In this document: positions 9,547 through 18,486 of the stretch, in pieces
Position numbering within the stretch: the stretch's first letter is position 1
Layout of the letters: each line of letters opens with the position of its first letter
Virus record (IMG/VR): IMGVR_UViG_3300042013_000103
Reading direction: 5' to 3' (one strand)
DNA: 64,000 nt
Source: a virus
Taxonomy: Duplodnaviria; Caudoviricetes
The notes under the pieces: generated by a model
The model's input: only the letters and a program-made list of their open reading frames with translations
Told to the model about the DNA's origin: nothing
The model's database searches: none
Translations under genes and position numbers: made by a program

Positions 9547-10157
9547 GCCTTGACCGCCTTGGGTGCTGCTTTGCGACCGGTCAGGCTGGTGGTGATGTAC
9601 TTGTTGAAGTCGACTTCATTGCCGCAGAAGTCATACTCCAAGTAGTCCACCCCGCTGTCAAACTTCACGTCTTCGGTCACGGTGGCTTGGAACACCAACG
9701 TCACTTCACGGCGATCGGTCACCAGCTTGTCGAAGTACAGGCTGACGATGGCATCTTCTGGCAACACCGGTTCGTTGAACTGGTTGGTGAAGTCCACGCT
9801 GTTGTCGATGATGTGCTTGGCGGTGTCATAAAACGTTTGCCGCACCAAGTCGTCCCCGTTCAACCCGTCCGTCACCAGGTCTTCGTGGTTCATCAGGTCC
9901 GACACCAAACCCGTGGCTTGACGTTTGCCGCTCTCCAGCGTTTCCATCCAACCCACGTGGAGACGCGAACCGTCCTCGCGCAGTACCTGGAAGTGTATCG
10001 CCACCCGGACTTTCTTGAAGTCCTTCACGTCCAGGGTTTTTGGCACCAGGCACACCACGTCGTGCAACCGACGAAACGCGTCATCGGTGGTGATGTACGT
10101 GCTGCTGACTGGGTACAGGCTAGCCGGAACAGCGAGGTGCATAATGGACAGAGTCAT
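9543..10157 (-). CDS. Hypothetical protein (204 aa)
   Basis: RBS AGGGG, phage-like codon use. Confidence 0.8.
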   Translation of the reverse strand: MTLSIMHLAVPASLYPVSSTYITTDDAFRRLHDVVCLVPKTLDVKDFKKVRVAIHFQVLREDGSRLHVGWMETLESGKRQATGLVSDLMNHEDLVTDGLNGDDLVRQTFYDTAKHIIDNSVDFTNQFNEPVLPEDAIVSLYFDKLVTDRREVTLVFQATVTEDVKFDSGVDYLEYDFCGNEVDFNKYITTSLTGRKAAPKAVKA

Positions 10158-10216
10158 GGCGTATCCCCTAAAAAGAAAAATGGTGAATGGAGGCCAAAGC
10201 CTCCACTGCTCAAGCG

Positions 10217-10483
10217 TTAGATTACGAACTCAACGAAATCCGTGATCTCAGACAGGTAGAGAGCCGAAGCTATCAAAGAATCCTGTATCCGACCATCGTG
10301 CGCGGTCTGCCACATCCTGGCCACTGAGCCGTTGATGATGGCATTGGCGCCGGTGAGGGTAAGATCGCAGATTAAGCGAGATTCAATGCTGCCCAACGAT
10401 CGAACGAATTCGAACGCGGTCAGGTTGTCAGCACGGGCGACAGTTTCATCGATCAGCTGACGGGTCATGTTGGTGAGTTGCAT
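10217..10483 (-). CDS. Hypothetical protein
   Basis: ATG 10483 with RBS AGGA (MQLTNMTRQ...). Confidence 0.65.
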   Translation of the reverse strand: MQLTNMTRQLIDETVARADNLTAFEFVRSLGSIESRLICDLTLTGANAIINGSVARMWQTAHDGRIQDSLIASALYLSEITDFVEFVI

Positions 10484-10559
10484 TATAATGTTCCTATTGA
10501 TAGCGTTAAAAAGGTCAACGTACAGAAAATAAAGGAACCTGTGAAAGCGTTCCGGGGGC

Positions 10560-10904
10560 TTACAGGGGATCGTTATTAGTATCCAGTTCTTTGTTGTACT
10601 TCCCGAGCAGGTTGAACTTGACTTCAAACTCCATGGACGGTTGCGTGTCCATGTGCTTGTGCCCCAAATGCCCTGGGTAACGACCAGGGAACTTGGAGAA
10701 CAGCAAGGTTCCGATGGTCCCGTCGGTGTTCCGGGCATTCATTTGGATGTACCACCAGATCGGGTCACCGCGCTCTTCATTTTCCACGACCCGCCCAAAC
10801 CCATCGCGTCCTTTGTAGGCTTGGATCGCTTGGACGTTCAGGTTCAACACGGTGGCGATGAAACCCAGGCAGTCCTTCAAACACTCGTCCGTCGTTAACG
10901 TCAT
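10560..10904 (-). CDS. Hypothetical protein
   Basis: 114-aa ORF with RBS AAGGA. Confidence 0.75.
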   Translation of the reverse strand: MTLTTDECLKDCLGFIATVLNLNVQAIQAYKGRDGFGRVVENEERGDPIWWYIQMNARNTDGTIGTLLFSKFPGRYPGHLGHKHMDTQPSMEFEVKFNLLGKYNKELDTNNDPL

Positions 10905-10915
10905 TGCAATGTTCC

Positions 10916-11413
10916 TTAGCAGGTTGGGTCAACTAAACCCAGGCCGGTGGATTTATTGGGTTCTTTGTACCGCCGAACGATGGCTTCCAACAGGAGCACT
11001 GGCGTCCACTTGCTGAAGTACTCGGTGCGTCCTTGGTTAATCCAACCCCAATGACCACCACCACGCAAACCGATGTGTTCCAAGTGCAGTTCAAAGATAG
11101 GACCACAATCCCAACGACCGACCCGATGCGCTTCTTCAATGCGCAACCGACTGCTGGTATCAAGGGTAATCGCCAGCCCTTGGTTGAACATGTCGATCAG
11201 GACCTTTTCCCGCGTGGCGTCCAACAGCGTAAGGCCGTCGGTCACGATGTCTTTGGCCTGTGGGATGTCAAACGTCAAAGGCTGGTTCGTAAAGGCATCT
11301 ACCTGGTTGAGGGCACTCATGATACTCAGCCAGTTGTCCAGGGAACGTTCAGTGAACCCCGGACCCACCAACGCAAACAACGCGCGCTGCACCGGTTTCG
11401 ATAACTCGATCAT
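10916..11413 (-). CDS. Hypothetical protein
   Basis: ATG 11413 with RBS AGGA (MIELSKPV...). Confidence 0.75.
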   Translation of the reverse strand: MIELSKPVQRALFALVGPGFTERSLDNWLSIMSALNQVDAFTNQPLTFDIPQAKDIVTDGLTLLDATREKVLIDMFNQGLAITLDTSSRLRIEEAHRVGRWDCGPIFELHLEHIGLRGGGHWGWINQGRTEYFSKWTPVLLLEAIVRRYKEPNKSTGLGLVDPTC

Positions 11414-11501
11414 TGTAAGATTCCTATTAATAAAAGTACGGCGGGGATAAAAAATAAAACTGGAGCAGGCAGTTGGCCTACCTACCCCAGTGTGTTGCGC
11501 G

Positions 11502-11702
11502 TTAGAGCGCTTCGGCCACGCGCTCCGAATCGATCCCCGAGGTGGACTCGGTGTTACCGTTGACCAGGTTGCCGTCGGCATCGACTTCCGAGGTATTACC
11601 CGCGGTTGCATCTTTGCTGAAGGCGCCCATGCGGTAAGCGACGCCAGCGCCAGCTACCACGAGACCCAGGATCATGCCAGTTGCAGTCAGAATTGCTTTC
11701 AT
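11502..11702 (-). CDS. Small N-anchored membrane protein
   Basis: N-terminal TM followed by an acidic tail; two promoter-like motifs upstream. Confidence 0.7.
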   Translation of the reverse strand: MKAILTATGMILGLVVAGAGVAYRMGAFSKDATAGNTSEVDADGNLVNGNTESTSGIDSERVAEAL

Positions 11703-11717
11703 GTGTGTTACTCCAGT

Positions 11718-11755
11718 TGTGATATAGGTAGGTATTGCGGGTGTGTGATATAGTT
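11718..11755 (-). promoter_or_regulatory. Tandem putative early promoters (CCTATATCACA, ACTATATCACA)
   Basis: Two variants of the motif at 11718-11729 and 11744-11755. Confidence 0.55.
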
Positions 11756-11766
11756 GTTTAAAACGT

Positions 11767-13029
11767 TTAAACGTAAATCGTTACAGTGGTCCCAGCGGCG
11801 TGAGGTGAAAAATCCACCTCACGCCAGCCAGCCGCTTTGGCCTGTTGCGCAAAGCGTTGCATTTCGGCAGGACCAAACGTCGCAATAATGTTGAACGACA
11901 AGCCGCTTCGTCGCGCCAGTAGGGTGGCATCAGTTCGATCGTAACGGACAACCCGTTCGAACGTATCCACCAACATCCGGTATCGTTCTGGGTCAAACCC
12001 AGTATCCAACACTGACCAATCGGGACCGGTGAGTTGCGTCTCCGGCAAAGGAGCAGAGGCTTCCGGCGCTGGGTAACCACTGGGATGTGAAACGTCGCCC
12101 TCGGCTGGAGAAGCACCTTGGGCCATAGCGCGCAGCTCTTCTTTGGCCAAGGCCAAGAAAATCGGATTCTGCGGAGTTCGCGTCGAGCTGGTGTGTTGTT
12201 GCCAGAGGGCCAGCACAATTTCCATGGTCCGACGAAGAAGCGGATGCACTGCCTGCATGAAGTTGTGTACCCCGGTGGCCATCGGAGTGTACTGCTTGGC
12301 CCGCATGGCGTCCGCGATGTAATCAAACGCAATGACGCCATTATGGTGGCGGGGGCAACCGAAAAGCACGTATTGCTTCTGGCCTTGAAAATACAGCTCG
12401 ACCAAGAACAGGTCCTGGAAGCGACCCGGCATCAAATGACTCACCGGTCCGAACCCCGTGTCCTGGAACAACAACCGGTCCGAGGCACGAATCTCGCGCA
12501 ACAACGTCAACCCATGACCGCCGGGCAGGGCGTGCACTTGGTTTTGGTAAAAGACCTGCGCCACATCGGGGGTAACTTTACCCCAGTGCGCCTCCACCAA
12601 GGCACGCAGCTTATTCGGCTTGGTTTGTTCACGGGTAGCGGCGTCGTACCCCACAAAGACATCCGCCATTGGGCGGTTTTCACTGTTCGCGACAATGCTT
12701 TCGTTGAGGAGTTGTCCAACCAGGGTCATGTGCAACTGCATGTCGGAGGTAAAGCACAGATGCCGAATCGCGGTCAATACATCTTGTACGTATGCGACTG
12801 GCGATCCGGTACGTTGTTCCGCCGGGGTGGTTGCTTCAGCGATGACGGTGTAATACCGTTCACCCTGATAATGGAAGCCGACCTGGAGTGCACCACCGCC
12901 GTGGTCCCAATGACACAGTGGGGTGATGCTCATGTCAGAGAGTTGGGTGGCCAGTTGGTAATAATCGCCATGGACATCCGTGTCAAGCATTATGCTGTTT
13001 GTGGAACTGAGGATGTTGTTGAGGCGCAT
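11767..13029 (-). CDS. Hypothetical protein (420 aa), possible internal repeat
   Basis: RBS AAGGA; long ORF. Confidence 0.8.
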   Translation of the reverse strand: MRLNNILSSTNSIMLDTDVHGDYYQLATQLSDMSITPLCHWDHGGGALQVGFHYQGERYYTVIAEATTPAEQRTGSPVAYVQDVLTAIRHLCFTSDMQLHMTLVGQLLNESIVANSENRPMADVFVGYDAATREQTKPNKLRALVEAHWGKVTPDVAQVFYQNQVHALPGGHGLTLLREIRASDRLLFQDTGFGPVSHLMPGRFQDLFLVELYFQGQKQYVLFGCPRHHNGVIAFDYIADAMRAKQYTPMATGVHNFMQAVHPLLRRTMEIVLALWQQHTSSTRTPQNPIFLALAKEELRAMAQGASPAEGDVSHPSGYPAPEASAPLPETQLTGPDWSVLDTGFDPERYRMLVDTFERVVRYDRTDATLLARRSGLSFNIIATFGPAEMQRFAQQAKAAGWREVDFSPHAAGTTVTIYV

Positions 13030-13044
13030 TGGAAGTTCCTTGTG

Positions 13045-13206
13045 TTATTTGGTGACAAGCATTTCTTGGCCCGAGGGCCCGATGCGGTGACCGAGGATCA
13101 CCTCGGCTTTTACTGCAGTAACGGTAGGGGCTTTAGAAGCCATGACGTTGTTCATGATGCCACCACCGGCGATTAATGCCAGGGTAAAAATGAGTGCCTT
13201 TTTCAT
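13045..13206 (-). CDS. 53-aa protein with signal peptide (not in ORF track)
   Basis: MKKALIFTLALIAGGGIMNNVMASKAP...; read manually. Confidence 0.65.
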   Translation of the reverse strand: MKKALIFTLALIAGGGIMNNVMASKAPTVTAVKAEVILGHRIGPSGQEMLVTK

Positions 13207-13294
13207 GGGAGTGTTCCTTGAGTAAGTTGATAAGTAATAAAAGAAAATCCAACAGAAAAGAAAACCTCACCCCCGAAGGGATGAGGGCGGGACG

Positions 13295-13708
13295 TTACGC
13301 GGCGGTGACCGAATCCACCAGGTCTTCGATGTGCATATCGCACAGTTTGTTGAACTCTTCCCGTCGGGATTCCGGTAGGCTCCGGGCGATGCGGTCCATC
13401 ATACCACCGGCATCAGAGTAGAGCTTGGTACGCAGCGACGTCCGCTCGGTCAGACGGAACATATCCGCTGCCACCGTCGGGTTCTTGCGAATGCCCATGA
13501 ACTCCGGGGAGACCACGTGCAGCGTTTTCGAAGCAGCCACCAGGGACTTGACCGCGTTCAGTTCTTTCCAGAACGGACCGTTAGGCTCTTCTTGGTCGCC
13601 CAACATCCAATGGGCCAAACCGCCCCCGATGCCCAGACCGATGTAGGCACACGACACAGAAACAACAGCAGTAACGATGGAGCCACCAACGAGTTTGAGC
13701 AAGTTCAT
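13295..13708 (-). CDS. N-anchored membrane protein
   Basis: Hydrophobic residues ~8-35, then a helical soluble domain. Confidence 0.75.
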   Translation of the reverse strand: MNLLKLVGGSIVTAVVSVSCAYIGLGIGGGLAHWMLGDQEEPNGPFWKELNAVKSLVAASKTLHVVSPEFMGIRKNPTVAADMFRLTERTSLRTKLYSDAGGMMDRIARSLPESRREEFNKLCDMHIEDLVDSVTAA

Positions 13709-13737
13709 TTGAAGTATCCCTATTGAGTGCGATGTGA

Positions 13738-14130
13738 TTAAACAGCTGCGGCTACGTCTTGAACGACCGGTGTTTCTTCCGTGCCGGTTTCAGCAGTAGC
13801 TTTGGTAAGGGCAGCCGACAGGAAAGTGTAGGCTTTCATGGATTCGGCCCAATCCGCTTTGTAGCGCTCGGCTACTTTACTGTCGGTGATGGTGGCCAGG
13901 ATATCGACCAAGCGCAGTTCAGCGCCTTTCTGGAACAGGGTTTCACGTTGTTCGTCGGTGTAGCCCGGCAGGCAATCCACCGACTTCCACAGGTTGTAGA
14001 CTTCCATGGTGGCGGAATGTCCGCTGTGGTCGGTTCTGGTGAACACACCCATGGCGCGGAACATCAGGATGCCGCCGAAACCAATGACAGCAGCGACAGC
14101 AATACGGGCACCGATGTTGTACTTGGACAT
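13738..14130 (-). CDS. N-anchored membrane protein
   Basis: ATG 14130 (MSKYNIGARIAVAAVIGFGGILMF...). Confidence 0.75.
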   Translation of the reverse strand: MSKYNIGARIAVAAVIGFGGILMFRAMGVFTRTDHSGHSATMEVYNLWKSVDCLPGYTDEQRETLFQKGAELRLVDILATITDSKVAERYKADWAESMKAYTFLSAALTKATAETGTEETPVVQDVAAAV

Positions 14131-14164
14131 TAGAGAGTTCCTTTTGAGTAAATGACTTGTTGGG

Positions 14165-14476
14165 TTACAGACGGATTGGGTCTTTGAAGACCCGGATGGT
14201 GGTACTGAGGCCACCGCTATCTTTTTCGAAGGTGAACGTGACGGCGCCCCAAGCCGAAGCTAAGGCGATTTGTCGGATGGTGCGTTGAATGGGTTCGGCC
14301 ATATGGCCTTGGGCGTGAAACACCCAGAACTGGTTGTCATGGGTCGCGGTGTTGACGTTGGACTTTACCCAAGATGGGTTGATCATGCAATGGTTGAAGT
14401 TGGTGACGAAGCCTTCCACACACGTGGGGACTTGTTCCCCCAGCGCGGTGTCGCAGTGCAGCATGTTGAGTTCCAT
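14165..14476 (-). CDS. Hypothetical protein
   Basis: 103-aa ORF in the operon. Confidence 0.7.
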   Translation of the reverse strand: MELNMLHCDTALGEQVPTCVEGFVTNFNHCMINPSWVKSNVNTATHDNQFWVFHAQGHMAEPIQRTIRQIALASAWGAVTFTFEKDSGGLSTTIRVFKDPIRL

Positions 14477-14484
14477 GGAATAAC

Positions 14485-14781
14485 CTAAGCTGGAAAGGAG
14501 TAAGAGTGGAGTAAGTTGTCGAAGTGTTTGGCAAATGCCACCTGACGGCGCTGTGTGCTGATACGAGCAACGATCAGCGTGTAGATGGTCATGGCTTGGG
14601 CGTGGTAAGCGGAGATCCGCTCAACGCGGCTCAGGGAGGTTTCTTTAGCAATGGCATTGTAGAGGTGATCGACACGAAGGGTCGCCTCTGATTCCAGAAG
14701 ACGATCACCCGTGGTGAAGAACCAAGCGAGCAGCAACTCACACAGGTAATCTACAGCTTGGGCCAAGAATGGAATGATCAT
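14485..14781 (-). CDS. Hypothetical protein
   Basis: 98-aa ORF with RBS AAGGA. Confidence 0.7.
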   Translation of the reverse strand: MIIPFLAQAVDYLCELLLAWFFTTGDRLLESEATLRVDHLYNAIAKETSLSRVERISAYHAQAMTIYTLIVARISTQRRQVAFAKHFDNLLHSYSFPA

Positions 14782-14793
14782 CGTCTGGATTCC

Positions 14794-15135
14794 TTATCGA
14801 ACTAAATCGGGTTTATATTCAAACATCAGGTCAAACAGCAGGTGCCGGTAAGCCAGCAGTTCTTCGGGGGTGGTGCAGCAGCCAACATTGGCCAGGTATT
14901 CTTCTTCTACCGCTACGGCCATCAGGTCCGTCCACAGCACACTGGCAGCGGCATAGCTGTCAGTTTCTTCTAAGCAGTGGTCTTCGATGGCTTGCATGAT
15001 GTGGGTGAATTGACGTGCACGGAAATCCATGCGGTCTTTGGGAGTAACCCGAAACGCTTGAGCGATCGCCCGGCCGGTATAGCCAAGCAATAGACCGCCG
15101 ATAAACAACAGGGCAAAGCCGAGGTTCTTAGACAT
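14794..15135 (-). CDS. N-anchored membrane protein
   Basis: ATG 15135 with RBS GAGG (MSKNLGFALLFIGGLLLG...). Confidence 0.75.
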   Translation of the reverse strand: MSKNLGFALLFIGGLLLGYTGRAIAQAFRVTPKDRMDFRARQFTHIMQAIEDHCLEETDSYAAASVLWTDLMAVAVEEEYLANVGCCTTPEELLAYRHLLFDLMFEYKPDLVR

Positions 15136-15460
15136 GGACCACCTCGTCGGGGGTTTGTAAACCAAACAGGTTGTCCAAGTAATCGGAGAACGCTTGGCTT
15201 TTAGCACGCTGCAGTTCAGCGAGCTCAGCCAACTCCTTCATGGCCAGTTCGTGTGCTGCGGCATCTGCCACAATGCGGGCCTCAGTGGCCGCCATGTTGG
15301 CTTTGTGTTGGACGTAGCACCGTGCGGTTTCGGCACGGGCATTCGCAATGGTCACCTCCGCTTCTTCCAGAGCCAACCCCGTGAGGATTTTCTGGGCGAA
15401 GTAACCTTTGATCGAAGTGATCAGTTCAATCAGGCTGGTGATGAAGTTGATAATGAACAT
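15128..15460 (-). CDS. Hydrophobic N-terminus, Ala-rich coiled-coil protein
   Basis: 110-aa ORF directly after an early promoter motif. Confidence 0.75.
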   Translation of the reverse strand: MFIINFITSLIELITSIKGYFAQKILTGLALEEAEVTIANARAETARCYVQHKANMAATEARIVADAAAHELAMKELAELAELQRAKSQAFSDYLDNLFGLQTPDEVVHV

Positions 15461-15502
15461 GGCAAGTTTCCTTTTGGTTTAATTTGGTTGTATTAGCACG
15501 AT

Positions 15503-15514
15503 TGTAATATAGTC
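15503..15514 (-). promoter_or_regulatory. Putative early promoter GACTATATTACA
   Basis: Exact 12-mer also at 16451, 18749, 54449 and 61269; contains TATTAC, the phiKZ early consensus. Confidence 0.75.
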
Positions 15515-15577
15515 GTTTAATTGACTGCATTACAATCCAGCCAACCCCCTCCTTTTTAGGGGAGGGGTATTATGCCG

Positions 15578-15865
15578 TTACGGCGCGTATTCCGTTTCTT
15601 TGAGGGTCTGGTACCCCAAGGCAGTCAGTTCGTCTTTGATCGCGATGAACTGAAACCAGCACGTGGGGTAGTAGGTGAAGTGCATGTCCCCGCCAATGGG
15701 CGCAGTGTACTCGCACTTCCTGGCCACCGCTACACGATGGGCTTCCGCGTACCCACAAGAAGCGGCTTTTTCATACAGCGGGGTTACGGAAAGGATTTTT
15801 ACATCAGCATCCATTGGAGAGGTCCTTTTGGTTACGGGGTTACGAGTTATGCCGCGGGTTGCCAT
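15578..15865 (-). CDS. Hypothetical protein
   Basis: 95-aa ORF overlapping the upstream stop. Confidence 0.65.
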   Translation of the reverse strand: MATRGITRNPVTKRTSPMDADVKILSVTPLYEKAASCGYAEAHRVAVARKCEYTAPIGGDMHFTYYPTCWFQFIAIKDELTALGYQTLKETEYAP

Positions 15866-16155
15866 TCATTGACAGCGGCTTCGCAGAGGATTTCGAGGTT
15901 CAGCAGGTGCGTGTTATATTCCTTTTCCCGCAGCAGCGTCAGCATGGCCCGACGGTGTGGACGCAGGGCGGCCAACAGATCAGCCGTGGTCGGTTTACTG
16001 GTGGTGTAGAGTCCCAACGTGGTCTTCACGTCTTTCTCTGCTGCTTCATTGGCAGTGCGGACACGCCGTGCACGCAACCAGCTTTCGCAACCCACTTGAA
16101 CCACGGACAAAGAAACGAGGCCAACAACAGCACAGATCAACTTAGCAGCAGACAT
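15847..16155 (-). CDS. N-anchored membrane protein
   Basis: MSAAKLICAVVGLVSLSVVQVGC; RBS AAGGGG. Confidence 0.7.
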   Translation of the reverse strand: MSAAKLICAVVGLVSLSVVQVGCESWLRARRVRTANEAAEKDVKTTLGLYTTSKPTTADLLAALRPHRRAMLTLLREKEYNTHLLNLEILCEAAVNEWQPAA

Positions 16156-16165
16156 GGAGATCCCC

Positions 16166-16411
16166 TTAAGGAACGATGCGGTAAATGGAGTTCAGGGTTT
16201 CGACGTAACCTTCTTCGATGTTGACGTTAACCAACAAGGACGTACGGGTCATGCCACCGGGTTGCAGGTCCTCGATCGGACCGGTCATGGCGATGCCTGT
16301 TGCAACGAACTTACCTTCACAACTGGCCACTCGATCAGGCCAGATTGACAGCGCCGGTACCAGCTGCAGGTCCCGGATGTGGTAAACCGGTTTGGTTTTT
16401 TTATCACTCAC
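16166..16411 (-). CDS. Small hypothetical protein
   Basis: GTG start with RBS AGGA; follows an early promoter motif. Confidence 0.7.
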   Translation of the reverse strand: MSDKKTKPVYHIRDLQLVPALSIWPDRVASCEGKFVATGIAMTGPIEDLQPGGMTRTSLLVNVNIEEGYVETLNSIYRIVP

Positions 16412-16450
16412 GACGCAATTCCTATTGATTAATGGTTGTATTATCTCTGC

Positions 16451-16462
16451 TGTAATATAGTC
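16451..16462 (-). promoter_or_regulatory. Putative early promoter (TTTAAAT)GACTATATTACA
   Basis: Exact motif match with AT-rich upstream element. Confidence 0.75.
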
Positions 16463-16484
16463 ATTTAAAGCGTTTCAATACAAC

Positions 16485-16868
16485 TCAGTGTTCTTTGGGT
16501 TCCTCAGGTTCCGACGCCCACCAATGCGTGAGGGTCGAGTCCACGTCCAAATCCTCTCCCGCTGAGACCGACCAGCGGTTCATCTCAGTCACCCGTTGGC
16601 TCAGTGGGGTATTGCCTTCCACGCAGTAGCCCACGACTTCCCCTTCGATGTACGACCCGTCATGCCCCAACATCTCCAACAGGAAATCATGGGGGTGTGG
16701 CTGGTCATTAAAATGCGTCACGATGTCATCGTATTCGGCTTGGGTGAGTTCTTCGCCGGTTTCCGGGGCACCCAGTTCGCGGGTGATGGTCAGGTTGCGT
16801 GGACCGTTGGTGTAGAGTGGCACGTCGGCGCCACCGGTGTGGACAAAGGTAAAGAGGAAATGTTTCAT
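16485..16868 (-). CDS. Hypothetical protein, paralog of 16884-17267
   Basis: 127 aa; shares HPH(D/E)FL and GE.VGY.VEGNT motifs with its neighbour. Confidence 0.85.
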   Translation of the reverse strand: MKHFLFTFVHTGGADVPLYTNGPRNLTITRELGAPETGEELTQAEYDDIVTHFNDQPHPHDFLLEMLGHDGSYIEGEVVGYCVEGNTPLSQRVTEMNRWSVSAGEDLDVDSTLTHWWASEPEEPKEH

Positions 16869-16883
16869 GGAGCATACTCCAAT

Positions 16884-17267
16884 TTAAGGGTTGGTCGAGA
16901 TCACCTCGGCCGTCCAGGTGTGGGACAGGAACGTATCTGAGTCATCCAACTCACTGCATTCAATCTTCCACCGGTGGTGTTCGGTGACTTCCAGGGTTAG
17001 GAAAGTGTTGCCTTCGACGCTGTACCCAACCAGCTCCCCTTCAAGGTGTTGGCCGGTCCCTAGGAGATCGATTAAGAACTCGTGGGGATGGGCGTTGTCG
17101 CGTAGGTGCTCAACCACTTCTAAGTACTGCGGTTCAGTCAACAACTCCCCGAGGTCTTCGTGGTAATCGTGAACGTTCTTACAACGCAGCTCTCGGCTGT
17201 TGGCCACGAACAACGGCACGCCAGACCCATCGCTTTTTACAAATGCAAACAGCCAGAATTTACCCAT
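16884..17267 (-). CDS. Hypothetical protein, paralog of 16485-16868
   Basis: 127 aa; same motifs. Confidence 0.85.
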   Translation of the reverse strand: MGKFWLFAFVKSDGSGVPLFVANSRELRCKNVHDYHEDLGELLTEPQYLEVVEHLRDNAHPHEFLIDLLGTGQHLEGELVGYSVEGNTFLTLEVTEHHRWKIECSELDDSDTFLSHTWTAEVISTNP

Positions 17268-17302
17268 AGTAGCCTCTTAATATCACGGTTGCGGAATAAC
17301 AC

Positions 17303-17344
17303 GGCATAAAGCCCCTCTGCATTTCGGCAAAGGGGGCTTATGAC
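17303..17344 (-). terminator. Hairpin terminator with GGCATAA/TTATGAC flanks
   Basis: Stem GCCCCT.TGC...GCA.AGGGGGC after the macrodomain gene. Confidence 0.7.
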
Positions 17345-17347
17345 GAA

Positions 17348-17821
17348 TCACTCGACAGCAATCATCCATGGCGGGTACACGCAGACAACTTGGTTTGGAA
17401 TGTGCTTGGACATTTCTTCGATCATTTCTTGAACGATGTCAAAACTCAACTTCCCGTTCCCGCAGCCCAAAGGCGGCATCACGATTTTCCATTTCGGGTC
17501 GATTCCACCTTCTTCGCCAATGTTGGTTGCCATCCAGTGCAGGCCGGCAGCCACATAGTCGTACGTGGAGTTATTGCGCCACTGCTCTTTCGTCGGGAAC
17601 ATCAGGTAGTGTTTACCGTCATCCCCTTTGTAGAGCGCGCAATTCCCGATCGTGATGATGCGGTACTTACAGTCGTGTTTGTACTTTGCCATCAGGTCTG
17701 GGTGACGTTCGGCAAACGCTTTCGCTACACCCGCCCCCATAACACCTTGGGTGTTAACTGTAACAACGTAAAGATCTCCAGGTTCCTTGAAGATGTCTTT
17801 ACCGATAATGAAATCAGCCAT
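17348..17821 (-). CDS. Macrodomain ADP-ribosylhydrolase, DarG-like
   Basis: VNTQGVMGAGVAKAF, MFPTKEQWR (FPTK lysine), MPPLGCGNGKL are hallmark DarG-type macro motifs. Confidence 0.9.
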   Translation of the reverse strand: MADFIIGKDIFKEPGDLYVVTVNTQGVMGAGVAKAFAERHPDLMAKYKHDCKYRIITIGNCALYKGDDGKHYLMFPTKEQWRNNSTYDYVAAGLHWMATNIGEEGGIDPKWKIVMPPLGCGNGKLSFDIVQEMIEEMSKHIPNQVVCVYPPWMIAVE

Positions 17822-17892
17822 ATAGATGGCTCCTTAAAATTGGTTAGTCCTAAAAGAGGCACCCGGTGAGAGGTGCCTCATTAGATTGTTCA

Positions 17893-18051
17893 CTAACCGC
17901 GTTTGATATTGCGGAGCAGAACGATTAGGCCCAGTCCCCCGGCAATCAACGTAATAGCCTGCGTTGCGTACCTGAGTACATTAGTGTTGTGCACAGTCTG
18001 CTGGTTCTTTGCTGCGTTTTCTTCACGGGTTTGATTGACATCGTAAAACAT
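17893..18051 (-). CDS. 52-aa C-terminally anchored membrane peptide (not in ORF track)
   Basis: MFYDVNQTREEN...QAITLIAGGLGLIVLLRNIKRG; RBS AAGGA. Confidence 0.65.
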   Translation of the reverse strand: MFYDVNQTREENAAKNQQTVHNTNVLRYATQAITLIAGGLGLIVLLRNIKRG

Positions 18052-18060
18052 AGTCGGTCC

Positions 18061-18477
18061 TTAATTAAAGCCGATGTATTTGTCTGAAGTGGGGCAGTAC
18101 AGGTAGAACGGGGAAGGCTTTCGGATCAAGTCCTCCAACAGTCGCTTCCGATCGTGCCAGGTTTGTTGCAACAAGGCAGTATGGGTCAAAACCATCATCC
18201 CCGAGTTCATAACCGCGTAGGGGAAGTTGTCCATTTCGGCCGTGCGGGTCACCAGCGCCGAGAGTTTGTCGCTTTCGTACAGGTAGGGGTCCTGACCCTT
18301 GACGAAGAAGCTCGCTTTGGTCAACGCCACCAGCATGTCGGCGAAGTGTTCCTCGTTGCTTTTGGGGGTAACCCCTAACCAACGCAGGAAGGCCGCGTAA
18401 CCCCGACGGAGAAGCTCTACAACGCTCCAGGCGCCGAGAAGCCCAACTACAATGAACAGAGCCATTACTAAAGGCAT
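18061..18477 (-). CDS. N-anchored membrane protein
   Basis: MPLVMALFIVVGLLGAWSVV; RBS GGAGG. Confidence 0.75.
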   Translation of the reverse strand: MPLVMALFIVVGLLGAWSVVELLRRGYAAFLRWLGVTPKSNEEHFADMLVALTKASFFVKGQDPYLYESDKLSALVTRTAEMDNFPYAVMNSGMMVLTHTALLQQTWHDRKRLLEDLIRKPSPFYLYCPTSDKYIGFN

Positions 18478-18486
18478 TAAACCCTC

